A stretch of 64,000 nucleotides of DNA from Candidatus Thorarchaeota archaeon (GTDB lineage: Archaea > Asgardarchaeota > Thorarchaeia > Thorarchaeales > Thorarchaeaceae), in NCBI GenBank assembly GCA_029858305.1, contig JAOUFI010000001.1, forward strand, positions 39 through 64,038, given 5' to 3'. This document shows positions 62,933 to 64,000 of this stretch, one piece after another. A program made the translations under genes and the position numbers. A model generated the notes under the pieces. That model saw nothing but the letters and a program-made list of their open reading frames with translations, had not been told where the DNA came from and searched no databases. Each line of letters begins with the position of its first letter. The stretch's first letter is position 1.

Positions 62933-63505
62933 TTATTTTTCCAATTCTTTCCCGATAGAAAAGGCATCGGCCACTTTCTCGCCAAGAGTCCAGTACCAAC
63001 TAGGTGGTTGTGTATAGACGAGCTGATTGATTTTCTTCTGATCTAATTTTCCATCAGTCATGTATCGTTCTTCAGAATAGGTGTGTTTGACCTCGCCAAT
63101 GATTAGATCTCTATCAAGCATTTCAATAATCTGAAAGACCGTCAACTCAAAACATACTGGACACTCCCTGATCATTGGAACATTTTCTAGTTTGCCATAA
63201 AACACATCAAACAATTTTGACTTGTCCACATTCTGTCCAGAAGTGATCCCACAATAATCAAGTTTCACGACAAGATCAGCTCCAGGAATATTGATACTGA
63301 ATTTTCCCTGTTCTCTGATTCCCTTACCTGTATACCTATTCTTCCTGAGAGACATTAACCACATATGTGGTTTGAAAGAGATACGAGTCAGCCATGCCAA
63401 GTTCATGAAATTAGGTTTTCCGTCGACTATTGCTCCTACAAGTACAGCCGGTTTGGGAAATGGCGCAAATCCATTATCAATCTCAATTTTTTCCATAACA
63501 AACAC
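62933..63505 (-). CDS. flavin reductase-like FMN-binding (split-barrel) protein
   Basis: PKPAVLVGAIVDGKPNFMNLAW...SINIP... pattern of Flavin_Reduct domain proteins. Confidence 0.75.
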   Translation of the reverse strand: MFVMEKIEIDNGFAPFPKPAVLVGAIVDGKPNFMNLAWLTRISFKPHMWLMSLRKNRYTGKGIREQGKFSINIPGADLVVKLDYCGITSGQNVDKSKLFDVFYGKLENVPMIRECPVCFELTVFQIIEMLDRDLIIGEVKHTYSEERYMTDGKLDQKKINQLVYTQPPSWYWTLGEKVADAFSIGKELEK

Positions 63506-63574
63506 CTCTTGATTTGCATATGTAAATCGAAAAATATGATGTATTTAGTCTGACTCTCAACGCATTATGATTAT

Positions 63575-64000
63575 CTATTCAACAACCTCTAATCTGTTTC
63601 TTAGTACAATAATGACAGTGATTGCATCAAATGCAACTATAATCATAATGAGGAGAAAGGGTAGTTGAGAAATGTAATATGACGCAATATCGAATTGCTC
63701 AGTTCGATTGTAAGATGTCCACTCAAATTGAACAAAACATGCATCACTTGGATAGACTGTCACAATGAACCAACTTCCACACTTGACAAAAATAAAACTA
63801 CTATCATATAGTCTCATGTCTCCAACCTCCGTGCCACGTACATAGAAATCTGAAGACACGTTTGTTGTTACACTAAGTAATAACCACTCACGGCGTCCTG
63901 TCCCAATACTGATTCTAAGATATGTATCTCCTTCTATAACATCAGATCTTGAACCTGTGCTATTCCCGGGTGGAAATCTGATAGTTGCGACCGAATAGAG
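63575..64000 (-). CDS. hypothetical protein with C-terminal TM anchor, 5'-truncated by the window edge
   Basis: The track ORF starts at GTG 63859. Hand translation shows the frame stays open without stops up to base 64000 (...LYSVATIRFPPGNSTGSRSDVIEGDTYLRISIGTGRREWLLLSVTTN-VSSDFYV...). Confidence 0.4.
   Translation of the reverse strand, partial: LYSVATIRFPPGNSTGSRSDVIEGDTYLRISIGTGRREWLLLSVTTNVSSDFYVRGTEVGDMRLYDSSFIFVKCGSWFIVTVYPSDACFVQFEWTSYNRTEQFDIASYYISQLPFLLIMIIVAFDAITVIIVLRNRLEVVE

Noticed and set aside
1-64000. CRISPR arrays, rRNA/tRNA genes, IS elements and toxin-antitoxin pairs.
   Set aside because: While reading the sequence and ORF track I saw no regularly spaced direct repeats, no conserved rRNA/tRNA sequence blocks, and no transposase, integrase or Cas-like ORFs. 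Absence is by eye only and should be confirmed with tRNAscan-SE, Infernal, CRISPR finders and similar tools.

Overview
Gene-dense chromosomal window with about 65 protein-coding genes on both strands. Gene junctions are short or overlapping. GGAGG-type ribosome-binding sites are frequent and the intergenic regions are AT-rich with TATA-like boxes. GC looks moderate (low 40s % by eye, not computed). I recognised no rRNA, tRNA, CRISPR array, integrase or transposase.

Content is anaerobe-type central and acyl-CoA metabolism:
- AMP-forming acetyl-CoA synthetase.
- 2-oxoacid:ferredoxin oxidoreductase beta and gamma subunits only.
- A 2-hydroxyacyl-CoA dehydratase with its ATP-dependent activase.
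- Two tandem FadD-like CoA ligases.
- An acyl-CoA dehydrogenase with a ferredoxin.
- A complete four-gene group 3b (sulfhydrogenase-type) [NiFe]-hydrogenase operon.

Housekeeping and ion genes:
- ahcY, msrA, gdh and a short bacterial-type alaS.
- PiT with its DUF47 partner.
- A CBS-domain ClC channel and two tandem ArsB/NhaD-like permeases.

There are several regulators (two double-Lrp-like proteins and one RHH protein) and many small or membrane hypotheticals.

Domain of life is not certain from this window. Short AhcY, the sulfhydrogenase, TATA-like boxes and double-Lrp regulators suggest an archaeon, possibly Asgard or a related lineage. The AlaRS is bacterial-type, and hairpin plus T-run terminators occur.

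The best candidate for an undescribed system is the divergent membrane locus at 45.9-53.8 kb:
- One arm is an ABC ATPase, a fused polytopic permease and a surface-anchored C39-like cysteine peptidase.
- The other arm is a regulator-like gene, four tandem bPH2 (YdbS/YdbT-like) membrane paralogs and an unannotated 30-aa transmembrane micropeptide.

Other points worth a second look:
- A C-Ala-less mini AlaRS.
- A Zn-finger plus Zc3h12a-like NYN RNase.
- KorB/KorG without an alpha subunit.
- An unannotated 54-aa Cys-rich gene coupled to a nitroreductase.
- A Gfo/Idh/MocA gene relic, and a 22-nt direct repeat bracketing 5.7 kb.
- Candidate operator palindromes next to the RHH and Lrp-like regulators.
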